Assembly: GCA_965209155.1 (NCBI GenBank)
Contig: OZ242383.1
Location: forward strand, 1,536,001-1,600,000
Reading direction: 5' to 3'
Source: a bacterium
GTDB taxonomy: Bacteria > SAR324 > NAC60-12
DNA: 64,000 nt
Made by a program: the position numbers and the translations under genes
The notes under the pieces: model-generated
Seen by the model: only the letters and a program-made list of their open reading frames with translations
What the model was told of the DNA's origin: nothing
Database searches by the model: none
In this document: piece by piece, positions 28,898-38,706 of the stretch
How the letters are laid out: each line of letters begins with the position of its first letter
Numbering within the stretch: the first letter of the stretch is position 1

Positions 28898-29854
28898 ATG
28901 AATGCCTATCTCGTCAGGAGGTTTTTGCTGATCCTCCCCACGCTGTTCATCTTGAGCATCCTGGTCTTTATCTCGGTACGCTTCATCCCCGGAGACGTCA
29001 TCGACATCATGGCCAACCGTATGTTGTCTGGCGGCGGCGAAGTTGACCGTGAAGCTCTTGAGCGTAAGCTTGGATTAGACGTGCCTGTCCACGTGCAGTA
29101 TGCACGCTGGATAGGAGACATTTTCCTGCACGGCACCTTGGGCACCTCCCTGTATGGCGATTGGACCGTGGAGGAGCGGATATTGGATCGATTATCAGTC
29201 ACCATCGAGCTTGGCATCATGGCCATCGTAATCGGGGTGCTGATAGCGCTGCCCGTCGGCATTTACTCGGCAATTCGCCAGGATACCGCCGCTGACTATG
29301 TGGGGCGCTCTATTGCCATCATCGGCCTGGCAACGCCCAACTTCTGGCTCGCACTGATGGTGATGATCTACCCGGCCATCTGGTGGGGTTGGTCGCCCCC
29401 GATGGAGCTGATTCCTTTCAGCGAAGACCCGCTGGGGAATCTCGGGATGTTCATCATTCCCAGCCTGATTTTGGGGACGGCCTCGACGGCTGCGACCATG
29501 CGGATGACTCGCACCATGATGCTGGAGGTGCTCCGGCAAGACTATATCCGCACCGCCTGGTCCAAGGGACTCAGGGAGCGGGTCGTGATTATCCGGCACA
29601 CCATTAAAAATGCCCTCATCCCGGTGGTCTCCCTGATCGGCCTGCAGTTGCCTCTGCTGGTAGGCGGCGCCGTGATCATGGAGAATATCTTCAACCTGCC
29701 GGGGATCGGTCGCCTCTTGCTGGATGCCCTCGAAGTCAGAGACTACCCGGTGGTCTCCGGAGTGAACCTGTTTTTCGCCGCCGGGGTGGTGCTGTTCAAT
29801 CTCCTGATTGACTTGATTTATCCCTTTTTGGACCCGAGGGTGAGGTATGAGTGA
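28898..29854 (+). CDS. ABC permease, DppB type (module 3)
   Basis: DYIRTAWSKGL. Confidence 0.93.
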   Translation: MNAYLVRRFLLILPTLFILSILVFISVRFIPGDVIDIMANRMLSGGGEVDREALERKLGLDVPVHVQYARWIGDIFLHGTLGTSLYGDWTVEERILDRLSVTIELGIMAIVIGVLIALPVGIYSAIRQDTAADYVGRSIAIIGLATPNFWLALMVMIYPAIWWGWSPPMELIPFSEDPLGNLGMFIIPSLILGTASTAATMRMTRTMMLEVLRQDYIRTAWSKGLRERVVIIRHTIKNALIPVVSLIGLQLPLLVGGAVIMENIFNLPGIGRLLLDALEVRDYPVVSGVNLFFAAGVVLFNLLIDLIYPFLDPRVRYE

Positions 29855-30782
29855 ACCCAAGCGACGGGGCCGGCTGGCTGCATTCTTTATCAGGCTTCTC
29901 AGGGAGAAGCCACTGGGGACGGCCTGCGGGATGATCCTATTGATCTTGATTCTGGTGGCGATCTTCGCCGATACTCTGGCTCCTTATGGCTATATGGAAA
30001 TACACCTGGTAGACAGGATGCAGGGAGCATCCGCCCGGTATCTGCTGGGGACCGACTACGTGGGGCGAGACTTATTGAGCCGCTTGATCCACGGAGCTCG
30101 TCTTTCGTTAACGGTCGGTCTGGCAGCGACTGCGCTTAATGTGGTGGTCGCTGTCCTGATCGGCGGCATTTCCGGATTTTTGGGAGGGAAATGGGACCTG
30201 GTGGTGCAGCGCTTCGTCGATGCCTGGATGGCTTTCCCGGGACTGCTGCTCTTGTTGACGATCATGTCCATCGTGGGACGGGGTGTTTTCCAGATCATCG
30301 TGGTGCTGGGGATTGCCGGCGGCATCGTCAGCTCAAGAGTCGTCAGAGGTGCCGTGATTGACATCAAAGAAAATGACTATTTTCAGGCAGCCAAAGCCGT
30401 GGGCACCCCCACAGCCCAAATCCTGGTTCGCCATGTGCTTCCCAATATTATGGCGCCCCTCATCATCATCTTCTCCATCAACATCGGGGGGGTGATTATG
30501 TCTGAAGCGTCGCTGAGCTTCCTGGGATTCGGTCTGCCCGTCGACTTTCCCAGCTGGGGAGGGATGCTCAGCCGGGAAGGGCGCAAATACATGGAGGCGG
30601 CGCCTTGGTTAGCGCTCTGGCCGGGGCTTTGTCTGACGATTGTCGTTTACTCCCTCAACATGTTCGGCGATGCGGTGAGAGACCTGCTCGATCCCCGACT
30701 GCGGGGCGGACAGGGCAGTTTCGGCGCTGCAAAGAAACGCAAACGAGGATTCCTGGCCCGACTGATCAACCCTTTCAATTGA
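29847..30782 (+). CDS. ABC permease, DppC type (module 3)
   Basis: LGTDYVGRD, PSWGGML. Confidence 0.93.
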   Translation: MSEPKRRGRLAAFFIRLLREKPLGTACGMILLILILVAIFADTLAPYGYMEIHLVDRMQGASARYLLGTDYVGRDLLSRLIHGARLSLTVGLAATALNVVVAVLIGGISGFLGGKWDLVVQRFVDAWMAFPGLLLLLTIMSIVGRGVFQIIVVLGIAGGIVSSRVVRGAVIDIKENDYFQAAKAVGTPTAQILVRHVLPNIMAPLIIIFSINIGGVIMSEASLSFLGFGLPVDFPSWGGMLSREGRKYMEAAPWLALWPGLCLTIVVYSLNMFGDAVRDLLDPRLRGGQGSFGAAKKRKRGFLARLINPFN

Positions 30783-31107
30783 TAAGCGCGCTAAAAAATT
30801 GTAAAAATACCCGCTTGCTGATGGGAAGTCATGGCAAATACTCCGTCTTCACGATTTTTATCCTGATCATTTATCCCTTCTAGAGCGCCTGACCAGGAAA
30901 TCCGTGTTGGACTCTTGACAAAGTTGTCGTGATATGATCTGCTTACTGTTCATTTCTGGAATGATGTGTTATCTTTGGATGTATCAAAACCCAAATTGGA
31001 ACAAAATCGCTCATCACCCAACCGTGCGCAAATTCCCGACTGCTCCCCAGCGTGCATGTCAGTGGCATAATTGGGGTAGATGAGACTGAAAATCAATTGA
31101 GGAAACC

Positions 31108-32385
31108 ATGACCACAACCGAACTGTTCGCCCGCCGCGAACGACTACTGGGAGCCGGAGCCCCCCTTTTCTATAAAGAACCCGTCAACATCGTCCGTGGA
31201 GAAGGCGTCTGGCTCTTCGATGCCGACGGGCGTCGCTACCTTGACATGTATAACAATGTACCTTGCGTGGGTCACTGCCACCCTCACGTGGTCGAGGCGA
31301 TGCGCAAGCAGGCGAGTACGCTGAACGTTCACAGCCGCTATCTCCATGAAGGCGTATTGGACTACGCCGAACGCCTGACCAATCTCCATGCCGATTCCAT
31401 AACGAGTGTGGTCTTCACCTGCACCGGCACGGAGGCGAATGAAGTGGCCCTCAATATGGCCCGCACGGCGACTGGTGGTCGGGGCATCATCTGCACCAAC
31501 GCAGCCTATCATGGCAATAGCGCTGAAGTGGGGAAACTGACTCGCGTGTCACATAATGCGGGGGCGCCAGACGACGCGGTTTGGGCCATTCCATTTCCAC
31601 AGCAATATCGCCCGCTCAAAGAGGGTACAGCGCCTGCTGAGTTGACGGAACTCTACCTGGCCGAAGTCCAGGCAGCGATCGACGGGTTCAATGCGAGGGG
31701 CATTCCCCTGGCCGGTATGTTGGTCTGTTCTATCCTGGCAAACGAAGGGTTGCCGGACCTTCCTCCAAACTTTATGCCACTGGCGGCTGAGATGGTACGT
31801 AAGGCGGGGGGTGTGTTCATTGCCGATGAAGTCCAGGCCGGCTTCTGTCGCAGCGGTCAGTGGTGGGGCTATGAGGTGACGGACTTCGTTCCGGACATCG
31901 TCGTTATGGGCAAGCCCATGGGGAACGGTATGCCGCTGGCCGGTGTTGCCGCAACCAAGGAATTGGTGGATATTTTCCGCCGGCAGAAACGCTACTTTAA
32001 TACATTCGCCTCGAGTCCGCTGCAAGCGGCGGCAGGCACGGCTGTTATCGACGTGATCGAAAGCGAAGGGCTGCGTGAAAGTGTTGCGCAGGTCGGCAAT
32101 TACCTGCTCAGTGAACTGGGGAAATTACAGGCTCGTTGTGAGTCGATGGGCGATGTCCGGGGACACGGCCTGTTCATCGGCATAGAGTGGGTGAGCGACC
32201 GGGCTGCTAAAATTCCGGATTCCGATGGTGCAGCCGTCATCGTGAATCGCTTGAAGGAGAAGGGCTTCCTCATCAGCAACGCGGGCGCCCTGGGCAATGT
32301 CCTCAAGATTCGTCCCCCGCTGGTTTTCAAACAGGAACATGCCGACCTGTTTCTCAGCGCATTTGACGAGATGATACCTGAGTGA
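31108..32385 (+). CDS. Class III PLP enzyme, AGXT2L/phospho-lyase-like subgroup
   Basis: YLDMYNNVPCVGHCHP, IADEVQAGF, GKPMGNG, YFNTF, NVLKIRPP. Confidence 0.88.
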   Translation: MTTTELFARRERLLGAGAPLFYKEPVNIVRGEGVWLFDADGRRYLDMYNNVPCVGHCHPHVVEAMRKQASTLNVHSRYLHEGVLDYAERLTNLHADSITSVVFTCTGTEANEVALNMARTATGGRGIICTNAAYHGNSAEVGKLTRVSHNAGAPDDAVWAIPFPQQYRPLKEGTAPAELTELYLAEVQAAIDGFNARGIPLAGMLVCSILANEGLPDLPPNFMPLAAEMVRKAGGVFIADEVQAGFCRSGQWWGYEVTDFVPDIVVMGKPMGNGMPLAGVAATKELVDIFRRQKRYFNTFASSPLQAAAGTAVIDVIESEGLRESVAQVGNYLLSELGKLQARCESMGDVRGHGLFIGIEWVSDRAAKIPDSDGAAVIVNRLKEKGFLISNAGALGNVLKIRPPLVFKQEHADLFLSAFDEMIPE

Positions 32386-32397
32386 TGGGGGTGATGG

Positions 32398-33384
32398 ATG
32401 ATAGTGACGGATGACCTCCTGCATAGGGCCGCCAAACGGGCGTTGGTTGAGTGGGATCTCTCTGTCACAAAGATCGCTCTCATCTCCAAATCCGAGAATA
32501 TTGTCTTTCGCCTTGATACGGATATGGACGAAACTTACGTCCTGCGTATTCATCGTCCCGGCTATCACACCCTGACGGAACTGAACGCGGAGCAACTGTG
32601 GACTGCGGCATTGAATCAAGCTGGTCTCAACGTACCTGTCCCCAAAATGACAGTGGACGGTCGCGGCTACACCCGCGTCTCCATGCCCGGATCGGCCGGG
32701 GAACGACACGTGGGTATCGTTGAATGGTTCGAGGGTGAGCCGCTCAGCGCTATGCTGAAGCAAATCTCTGATACGCAGGTGCATGTGACCTATTTCGATC
32801 AGCTTGGCCGTATTGCCGCCCGGATCCACAACCAGGCTACGGAGTGGCCGATTCCCGCCGGCTTTCAGCGTCACGCTTTCGATGCGGATGGGTTGGTGGG
32901 CAATACTCCTTTCTGGGGACCGTTTTGGAATCTCCCCATGCTGACCAAGGCAGAGCGTAAGCGTATTCTCAGCGCCCGCGCGTCAATCTACCGGATATTG
33001 TCCGATTACGGTAAAGAGCAGAGAATTTTTAGCCTGATTCACTCCGACCTCCACCCCAGGAATCTGCTCCTGAACGGCGAAAAACTGCACGTGATCGACT
33101 TTGATGACTCGGGTTTTGGCTGGCATCAATATGAGCTGGCAGTTGCCCTCTACCAATACCAGGACAGCCCTCATTTTGATTTACTGTTTAAGGCGCTGAT
33201 TGAGGGATACCGTGCCGAACGTCCGCTCGATGACGCAGCATTGGAACTGGTTTCGCTCTTTCTCCTGGTCCGCTCCATGGTATCCATTGGCTGGACTTAC
33301 GCTCGTCCGGAACTGAAACTGTATGGCAGACTGCCGGGATTGATCGCGCGAGTTTGTGAACAGGCAGACGAATTGGGGTTATGA
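32398..33384 (+). CDS. APH-family phosphotransferase (kinase)
   Basis: LRIHRPGY, IHSDLHPRNLL, IDFDDSGFGW. Confidence 0.88.
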   Translation: MIVTDDLLHRAAKRALVEWDLSVTKIALISKSENIVFRLDTDMDETYVLRIHRPGYHTLTELNAEQLWTAALNQAGLNVPVPKMTVDGRGYTRVSMPGSAGERHVGIVEWFEGEPLSAMLKQISDTQVHVTYFDQLGRIAARIHNQATEWPIPAGFQRHAFDADGLVGNTPFWGPFWNLPMLTKAERKRILSARASIYRILSDYGKEQRIFSLIHSDLHPRNLLLNGEKLHVIDFDDSGFGWHQYELAVALYQYQDSPHFDLLFKALIEGYRAERPLDDAALELVSLFLLVRSMVSIGWTYARPELKLYGRLPGLIARVCEQADELGL

Positions 33385-33531
33385 AGGTGATGTAATCAAA
33401 GCTCTCTTGTCCAAGAGTCGGATGAGAAAAAGAATCGATTGAGTCTCCCGGTCTTTCAACACTCCCGGGAAAAACAACTTCGGCATCACTCTGGGGGACA
33501 TCGTGTCGACCTTGACTGGCGAGCAGGAGAA

Positions 33532-33653
33532 GCTTAACGACAAGTTCTCCCATTTTTCACCATATCGGAAGAAGAAAGGAAAAACTTGTAAATTTACTCT
33601 GCTTGATGATTGAACCGGCTGTGATGAAAATCGGGAGAAACGTATGGTTAGCC
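33532..33653 (-). other. Integron attC-like site
   Basis: Minus strand: GGCTAAC-5-GTTTCTCC ... GGAGAAC-5-GTTAAGC (perfect GTTRRRY); 5 bp after the higA stop. Confidence 0.8.
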
Positions 33654-33658
33654 GGCTG

Positions 33659-33958
33659 CTAAGCCACTTCTAAAGGCTGGATACTCTCAAGAACTCCTAC
33701 CAGTTCACACTCTTTTTTTCGAACTTCCAATTCGGTTTGGATATTCAGTAGATATTTGGGATCAATTCCAAAATATTTCCCTAATTTTAGAGCTACCTCT
33801 GAAGATAATGCTCGTTTTCCATGAAGGACATTACCTAAAGTCATCTGGGGAATTCCCGTGTCTTTACAAACTCGGTAGGCAGACACTTCGTAAGCTTCGA
33901 GCAACTCTTCCATAATGATACTTCCTATATGATCCAGCTCTATCCCTTCTTTACTCAT
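33659..33958 (-). CDS. higA: HigA family antitoxin
   Basis: HIGSIIMEELL, ALKLGKYFG, LNIQ. Confidence 0.88.
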   Translation of the reverse strand: MSKEGIELDHIGSIIMEELLEAYEVSAYRVCKDTGIPQMTLGNVLHGKRALSSEVALKLGKYFGIDPKYLLNIQTELEVRKKECELVGVLESIQPLEVA

Positions 33959-33973
33959 GAGATTCTCCTAATG

Positions 33974-34249
33974 CTAATCTGTGATTTCCACTTCCTGTGC
34001 GTTGCCTGTTTCCCACTTGAAACAGATACGCCATTGTTTATTGATTCGTATACTGTATTGTCCTTGACGATCACCCGTGAGAGGTTCCAGCCGATTTGCT
34101 GGAAAACTTTTTAGATGCTCTAAGGTCGTTGCTTGATTCAACAAAATCAACTTCCTTAAAGCTCGCTTGTGCAATTCGACTGAAAGCCGCCTCGAATGCT
34201 GACCCTCGAAGATTTTTTCCGTTTCCTTGTCTTTGAAAGATTGAATCAT
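33974..34249 (-). CDS. higB: HigB toxin with a premature stop removing the terminal Y-H
   Basis: [31 protein letters not shown]; ends GAT TAG CAT TAG. Confidence 0.88.
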   Translation of the reverse strand: MIQSFKDKETEKIFEGQHSRRLSVELHKRALRKLILLNQATTLEHLKSFPANRLEPLTGDRQGQYSIRINKQWRICFKWETGNAQEVEITD

Positions 34250-34347
34250 GATGGTTCGTATTTGGTGTCTCCAAAAGAGATTATTACCCAAATTGAGTTG
34301 TATATCAAGAGAAATTGAAAGAATCGATCATGCAGTTTTGTTGATTG

Positions 34348-34466
34348 GTAACTATTCAGGAATCTTCAGAGAACCCATCGATTCCCCACCTCGAGGCTCT
34401 TCAAGAAGCCAGTCCACTCTTTGAAAAAGAACGAGAACCATGGAAGCAAGAGCGCTTAGCACTCTG
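34348..34466 (+). mobile_element. Isolated left end of the IS66-derived element
   Basis: GTAACTATTCAGG; near-identical to 2894-3013. Confidence 0.85.
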
Positions 34467-35153
34467 ATTTACCTCCCTGGCGAGCAAACGGGCCTCACCT
34501 TCGCTTACCAACCGCCCATGTTCAGGCCCTTCGAGAACTATCCGATGGAGTTACTTCCTGAGGTGTAAGAGGAAGCCTCCCAAGAGCTTCTCGATCTCCT
34601 GGGCTTCAAAGTCTGGTTCGGCATTGGCCACCGGGGCGACTTTAACGCGGAGCGCATCTCGCGCGACACACCGATCATCGGGGAGCTGAAGCCGTGAGCG
34701 AGGCTTCGTAATTGGGAGACAGCCAAGGAAAATTGTGAGTATGACGCGTCAGGGCCGGTTGACCGCTCCTGGCCTGATCCAGCCCCTCGTTTCGCTTGAC
34801 AAATTCCAGGAGGTCTGGCGCCTGATCCAGGTCCACCCGGAAGAGGTGGTCAAATTTGGAATCCGCTTTTGAAAAAGGAGAGAAAAGAATAAGAGAGGGC
34901 AGCATGCAACGAGAGTCCAATGGAGATGAATAAGATCAAAGGGAAGGACAAAGCAAGCGCGAATTGGTAGCACAGAACAAAAGCAATAAAAAATTCAACA
35001 GGCTGCCCATCTCCCCAAGAAACCTGCCAAATAATCAAAAAAAGAATCCATAAATTTCCATTTACATGCCTGTTTCTAGTTGCTAGGATCTCGTGTAAAT
35101 TTTGATTTTTCTATGTGGTTAAATTACATAAATTACTAGTCTGGAGTAAAGAT

Positions 35154-36407
35154 ATGAAAATAGAAGCTATTAATACTTATGTTGTTGATGCTGGTTGGAG
35201 ACCTTGGCAATTCACTGAAATTATTACTGACTCAGGAATAGCTGGATATGGAGAAATGTCAGATAACAGAAACCCATGGGGTATAGTCGGTTCTGTTGAA
35301 GATTTCAAACCATTATTATCAGGAAGAGATCCTTTAAATATTCAATCAATTTACTGGGATTTACAACGAATGGCTATCCAATCAAGAGGAGGAATAGCCC
35401 TTAAGGCTATTGCGGGTATTGAATTGGCACTATGGGATATAAAAGGGAAGCATCATGGTGTCCCTGTTTATGATCTTTTTGGTGGAAAGGTTAGAGATAA
35501 ACAAAAAATTTATTGGTCTCATTGTGGAACATCCAGGGCTATAAATTATGAACAATTAGGAGTTAATCCTCTAAATTCAAGACAGGATATTATAAATCTA
35601 GGTAAAGAAGTCAAAGACAAAGGCTATACTTCGCTAAAAACAAATATCATAGTCCGCCCCGATTCTCCTTTAAGTAATCCTCCAGAAAGTACTTATGTTT
35701 TTTTTGGTGGTTTTGGAGGAGGATTCGGAACTACTGACCAAAGCTTGGAATACACGGCTGATAATCAAATTTTTATTAATTATGAACTTTTGGATGTAAT
35801 AGAAGATCATATTAGTGCATTACAAGAAGGCTCTGAGGGTAAAGTAACTATTGGTCTTGATCTGAATTTTAATTTCAAACCTCAAGCAGTTAAGAAGATT
35901 TGCAAAGTTTTAGAAAATTATAATATGATGTGGATTGAAATAGATATGTATGAGCCTGATGGATTGAGAGAAATAACTGCTTCTACTGATGTTCCTGTTA
36001 CTTCAGGAGAAAATCTGTTGGGAATAACTGATTACAGGCCTTATTTTGATAAAAGATCAATGGATGTAGCAATGATTGATGTCCCATGGCAAGGATTCAT
36101 AAATGCTAAAGAAGTCGCAGCTCTTGCAGCAAGCCATCAAATAAACATTGCTCCACACAATTATTATTCTCATTTATCAACTATGATTTCATTAAATTTA
36201 TGCGCAAACGTTCCAAATGTCAGGATAATGGAAATCGATATAGATGATGTAGAGTGGAAAGATGAAATGACAGGAGGCCCATTAAACATAAAAAATGGAG
36301 TCGTAGATATACCAGAAGGAGCTGGTTGGGGTGTTAATATTGACACAGAGGTTTTAAAAAAACATCCATGGCAAAAAGGAAAAGGTCCTGCATATACAAA
36401 TAAATAA
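35154..36407 (+). CDS. Mandelate racemase/muconate lactonizing (enolase superfamily) enzyme; AT-rich gene
   Basis: GIELALWDIKGK, YWSHCG, KT.., D/E/E metal ligands, APHN. Confidence 0.9.
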   Translation: MKIEAINTYVVDAGWRPWQFTEIITDSGIAGYGEMSDNRNPWGIVGSVEDFKPLLSGRDPLNIQSIYWDLQRMAIQSRGGIALKAIAGIELALWDIKGKHHGVPVYDLFGGKVRDKQKIYWSHCGTSRAINYEQLGVNPLNSRQDIINLGKEVKDKGYTSLKTNIIVRPDSPLSNPPESTYVFFGGFGGGFGTTDQSLEYTADNQIFINYELLDVIEDHISALQEGSEGKVTIGLDLNFNFKPQAVKKICKVLENYNMMWIEIDMYEPDGLREITASTDVPVTSGENLLGITDYRPYFDKRSMDVAMIDVPWQGFINAKEVAALAASHQINIAPHNYYSHLSTMISLNLCANVPNVRIMEIDIDDVEWKDEMTGGPLNIKNGVVDIPEGAGWGVNIDTEVLKKHPWQKGKGPAYTNK

Positions 36408-36439
36408 CTAGTTAGAATATGAGGAAATAACGGTTCCGC

Positions 36440-37015
36440 TTGTTTGTTCAAATGCTGGCAGGGCTTTCCGGCAATATTCTCAATTACTCTCAAGTGGCCA
36501 GGACCTTAGGAGTGTCCCAGCCGACGGTCAAAGAATACTTTGAAATTGCGCATGGCACTTATCTCTGGCGTCAACTTGCGCCGTATGAAAAAAATGTCAA
36601 CAAACGCATTGTGAAACACCCCAAGGGGTATTTGAGAGATTCGGGGCTCTTACATCATCTCCTGCGGATTCAAGAGGTGAAGCATTTGTTGTCTCATCCC
36701 AATTTTGGGTTTTCTTGGGAAGCGATGGTCATTGAAGAGATCTTACGAGGGTTGAATTGTTTAGGTGTCGGGTTTGATTATTACTACTACCGGACTGCCA
36801 AAGGTGCTGAAATCGATCTGATTATCGAAAGCAAATATGGCCTGATTCCCATCGCGATTAAATATCATCAAAGTATTTCCCTCCATCAACTGAGAGGCAT
36901 CCGAGAATTCATCCATGAAAAAAATTGCCCCTTTGGCTTGCTCATCAACAATGAGGAAAAGGTGCGGTTTTATGATGAAACCCTGATCGGCCTTCCATTT
37001 TCCCACCTGATTTGA
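36440..37015 (+). pseudogene. C-terminal (DUF4143) half of an AAA+ ATPase
   Basis: PKGYLRDSGL, YYYRT..GAEIDLI; ATPase domain absent. Confidence 0.8.
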
Positions 37016-37059
37016 GAAACGGAGGGGGTGAGGGAATAATTTATATAAATCGGATAGGT

Positions 37060-37188
37060 GTAACTATTCAGGTATCTTCAGAAAACCCAACGATTTAAGT
37101 ACAGATTTTACGTGGCATAAAGGCCGGAAAGGACTTTATTCTCTCGGCGGAGTGAACCTTCTCTTTTTGGCTCATGATCATAAAGAAT
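37060..37188 (+). mobile_element. IS66-derived left end fused to a piece of the 51056-51094 segment
   Basis: GTAACTATTCAGG; GGAGTGAACCTTC..TTTTTGGCTCATGATC shared with 51056. Confidence 0.8.
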
Positions 37189-37191
37189 TTG

Positions 37192-37407
37192 TTAGGCGGC
37201 GTGAATCTCAATAAATTCACTTTCTGAAGAATTTGGTGGAATAGATTCACCTCGTTCAAGGAGATTTTCAATATGAAAATCAATAGCTTCTCGAATCAAT
37301 TCGACTACCTCTTCACGAGTTTCTGCTACGACAATGCAACCAGGGAGATCAGGAACATGTGCTCCCCAACTAGATTTTCCTTTCTCAATTACAACTAAAT
37401 ATCGCAT
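37192..37407 (-). CDS. hicB: HicB family antitoxin (short form)
   Basis: YLVVIEKG..WGAHVPDLPGC. Confidence 0.88.
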   Translation of the reverse strand: MRYLVVIEKGKSSWGAHVPDLPGCIVVAETREEVVELIREAIDFHIENLLERGESIPPNSSESEFIEIHAA

Positions 37408-37411
37408 TGTT

Positions 37412-37528
37412 TTACTCCTTAAGACCGGCTTGTTTAAGAACACTATTCAGTGTGCCCGGAGGAACATCAACGGCAGATTTTCCTGCAATAGTCACTGTAC
37501 CACGTTTGATGGAGTGATGGAATTGGCG
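37412..37528 (-). pseudogene. hicA: 5'-truncated HicA toxin
   Basis: RQFHHSIKRGTVTIAGK..DVPPGTLNSVLKQAGLKE*. Confidence 0.8.
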
Positions 37529-37654
37529 GATGTGCCTGGCTACGTCCAGTATGCACGCTGGTTGGCCGGTATTTTCCGGCAAGGCAGTCTTGGCGAATCC
37601 CTGATGGGTCGAGGGACGGTGGAAGAGCAGATAATCAGTAGACTCCCAGTCACC
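37528..37654 (+). pseudogene. 127-bp shard of dppB
   Basis: Near-identical to 40856-40982. Confidence 0.9.
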
Positions 37655-37707
37655 TGATAAGCGCGCTAAAAATTGTAAAAATACTCGCTTGCTGAATTGT
37701 CTGTCTT

Positions 37708-38019
37708 TTAACTGGCTTTTTGTTGATACTTCATATGATTCACTTCAAAGACCACTTCAGGATGTTGCTCGGCAATTTTTAATAAAACTCTGGCAGGTCC
37801 TTGGGGTCTGCGACGCTCCTGTTCCCAACCTTGCAGCGTACTCACACTGATTCCAAGTAAGGTCGCAAATTGAGATTGGGATAATTTTAACTTGTTTCGA
37901 ATCTGCTTTACCTGGGGCTCCGGATAGTGATTGACTTTAGCAGGTTTCAATTTTCCCTGCCTGATCGCTCCCGCTTGTCGAATACTTTCCTTTAGTTCTT
38001 CAAACATCGCTTCTTTCAT
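37708..38019 (-). CDS. HTH (Xre) antitoxin, HigA-2-like
   Basis: IRNKLKLSQSQFATLLGISVSTLQGWEQ..RPQGPA. Confidence 0.88.
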   Translation of the reverse strand: MKEAMFEELKESIRQAGAIRQGKLKPAKVNHYPEPQVKQIRNKLKLSQSQFATLLGISVSTLQGWEQERRRPQGPARVLLKIAEQHPEVVFEVNHMKYQQKAS

Positions 38020-38135
38020 TTTAACTCCTCTTGCACCAAATATTTAAGATCTTTGATTTGATCTTTTGACAGATCCTCTTGCTTATTTTTAGGATATTGA
38101 TTAAAAAAAACATATTGACTTCTTGTTCTAGATAT
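38016..38135 (-). pseudogene. C-terminal remnant of a RelE/HigB-2-like toxin
   Basis: YPKNKQEDLSKDQIKDLK..EEL in a frame broken at a poly-T run; no N-terminus. Confidence 0.65.
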
Positions 38136-38283
38136 GAGAAAATTTGTAAAAGTCGCTGTAGTGAAATAGCTTTTAGCCGTCCGTTGTCAGTTATCAGCTT
38201 TTGAATCAAATTGATATACAGTTTTTTTGTAAGTGAAAACCGATAGCTGAGAACAGATAGCCTTTAATGCTTGTAAAATTCTT

Positions 38284-38520
38284 GCAGAGCGATTATACAA
38301 TAGTTTCTTCCAAAGACGGAAGGGTAATACAGAAATCCTTCGCCAAGATGACATGAAAATCTGAAATCAACCCGTTTCAAGTATAAAAAACATCTTGATA
38401 ATGAGGTGGTTATGAGAGTAAACTTTAAAGCCAGCTCCCAGCTCCCAGCTCCCAGCTCCCAGCTCCCAGCTCCCAGCTCCCATAAAAGTAAGTTCCGAGC
38501 ACCAAGCTCCTGGTTCCCAA
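38284..38520 (+). repeat. Leader block, partial copy 3, including promoter TTGATA-18-TAAACT (38395-38424) and (AGCTCCC)7 (38433-38481)
   Basis: Colinear with 13948-14200. Confidence 0.9.
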
Positions 38521-38706
38521 TCACTAACTCCAATTCACAAATCACAAGTTCTACCTCGTGGTGTGATCTCGACATCAGGCAGAGATCCTTAAGATTCTTC
38601 GTTCCAAATCCCAAGTTCCAGGATAGGAAGGGCAAGGGAGAATTTGGGAAATCATGGACGCCCGAGTGCGTCTTTTTTATTCATTATTTTTTATCAGGAG
38701 AAGACT

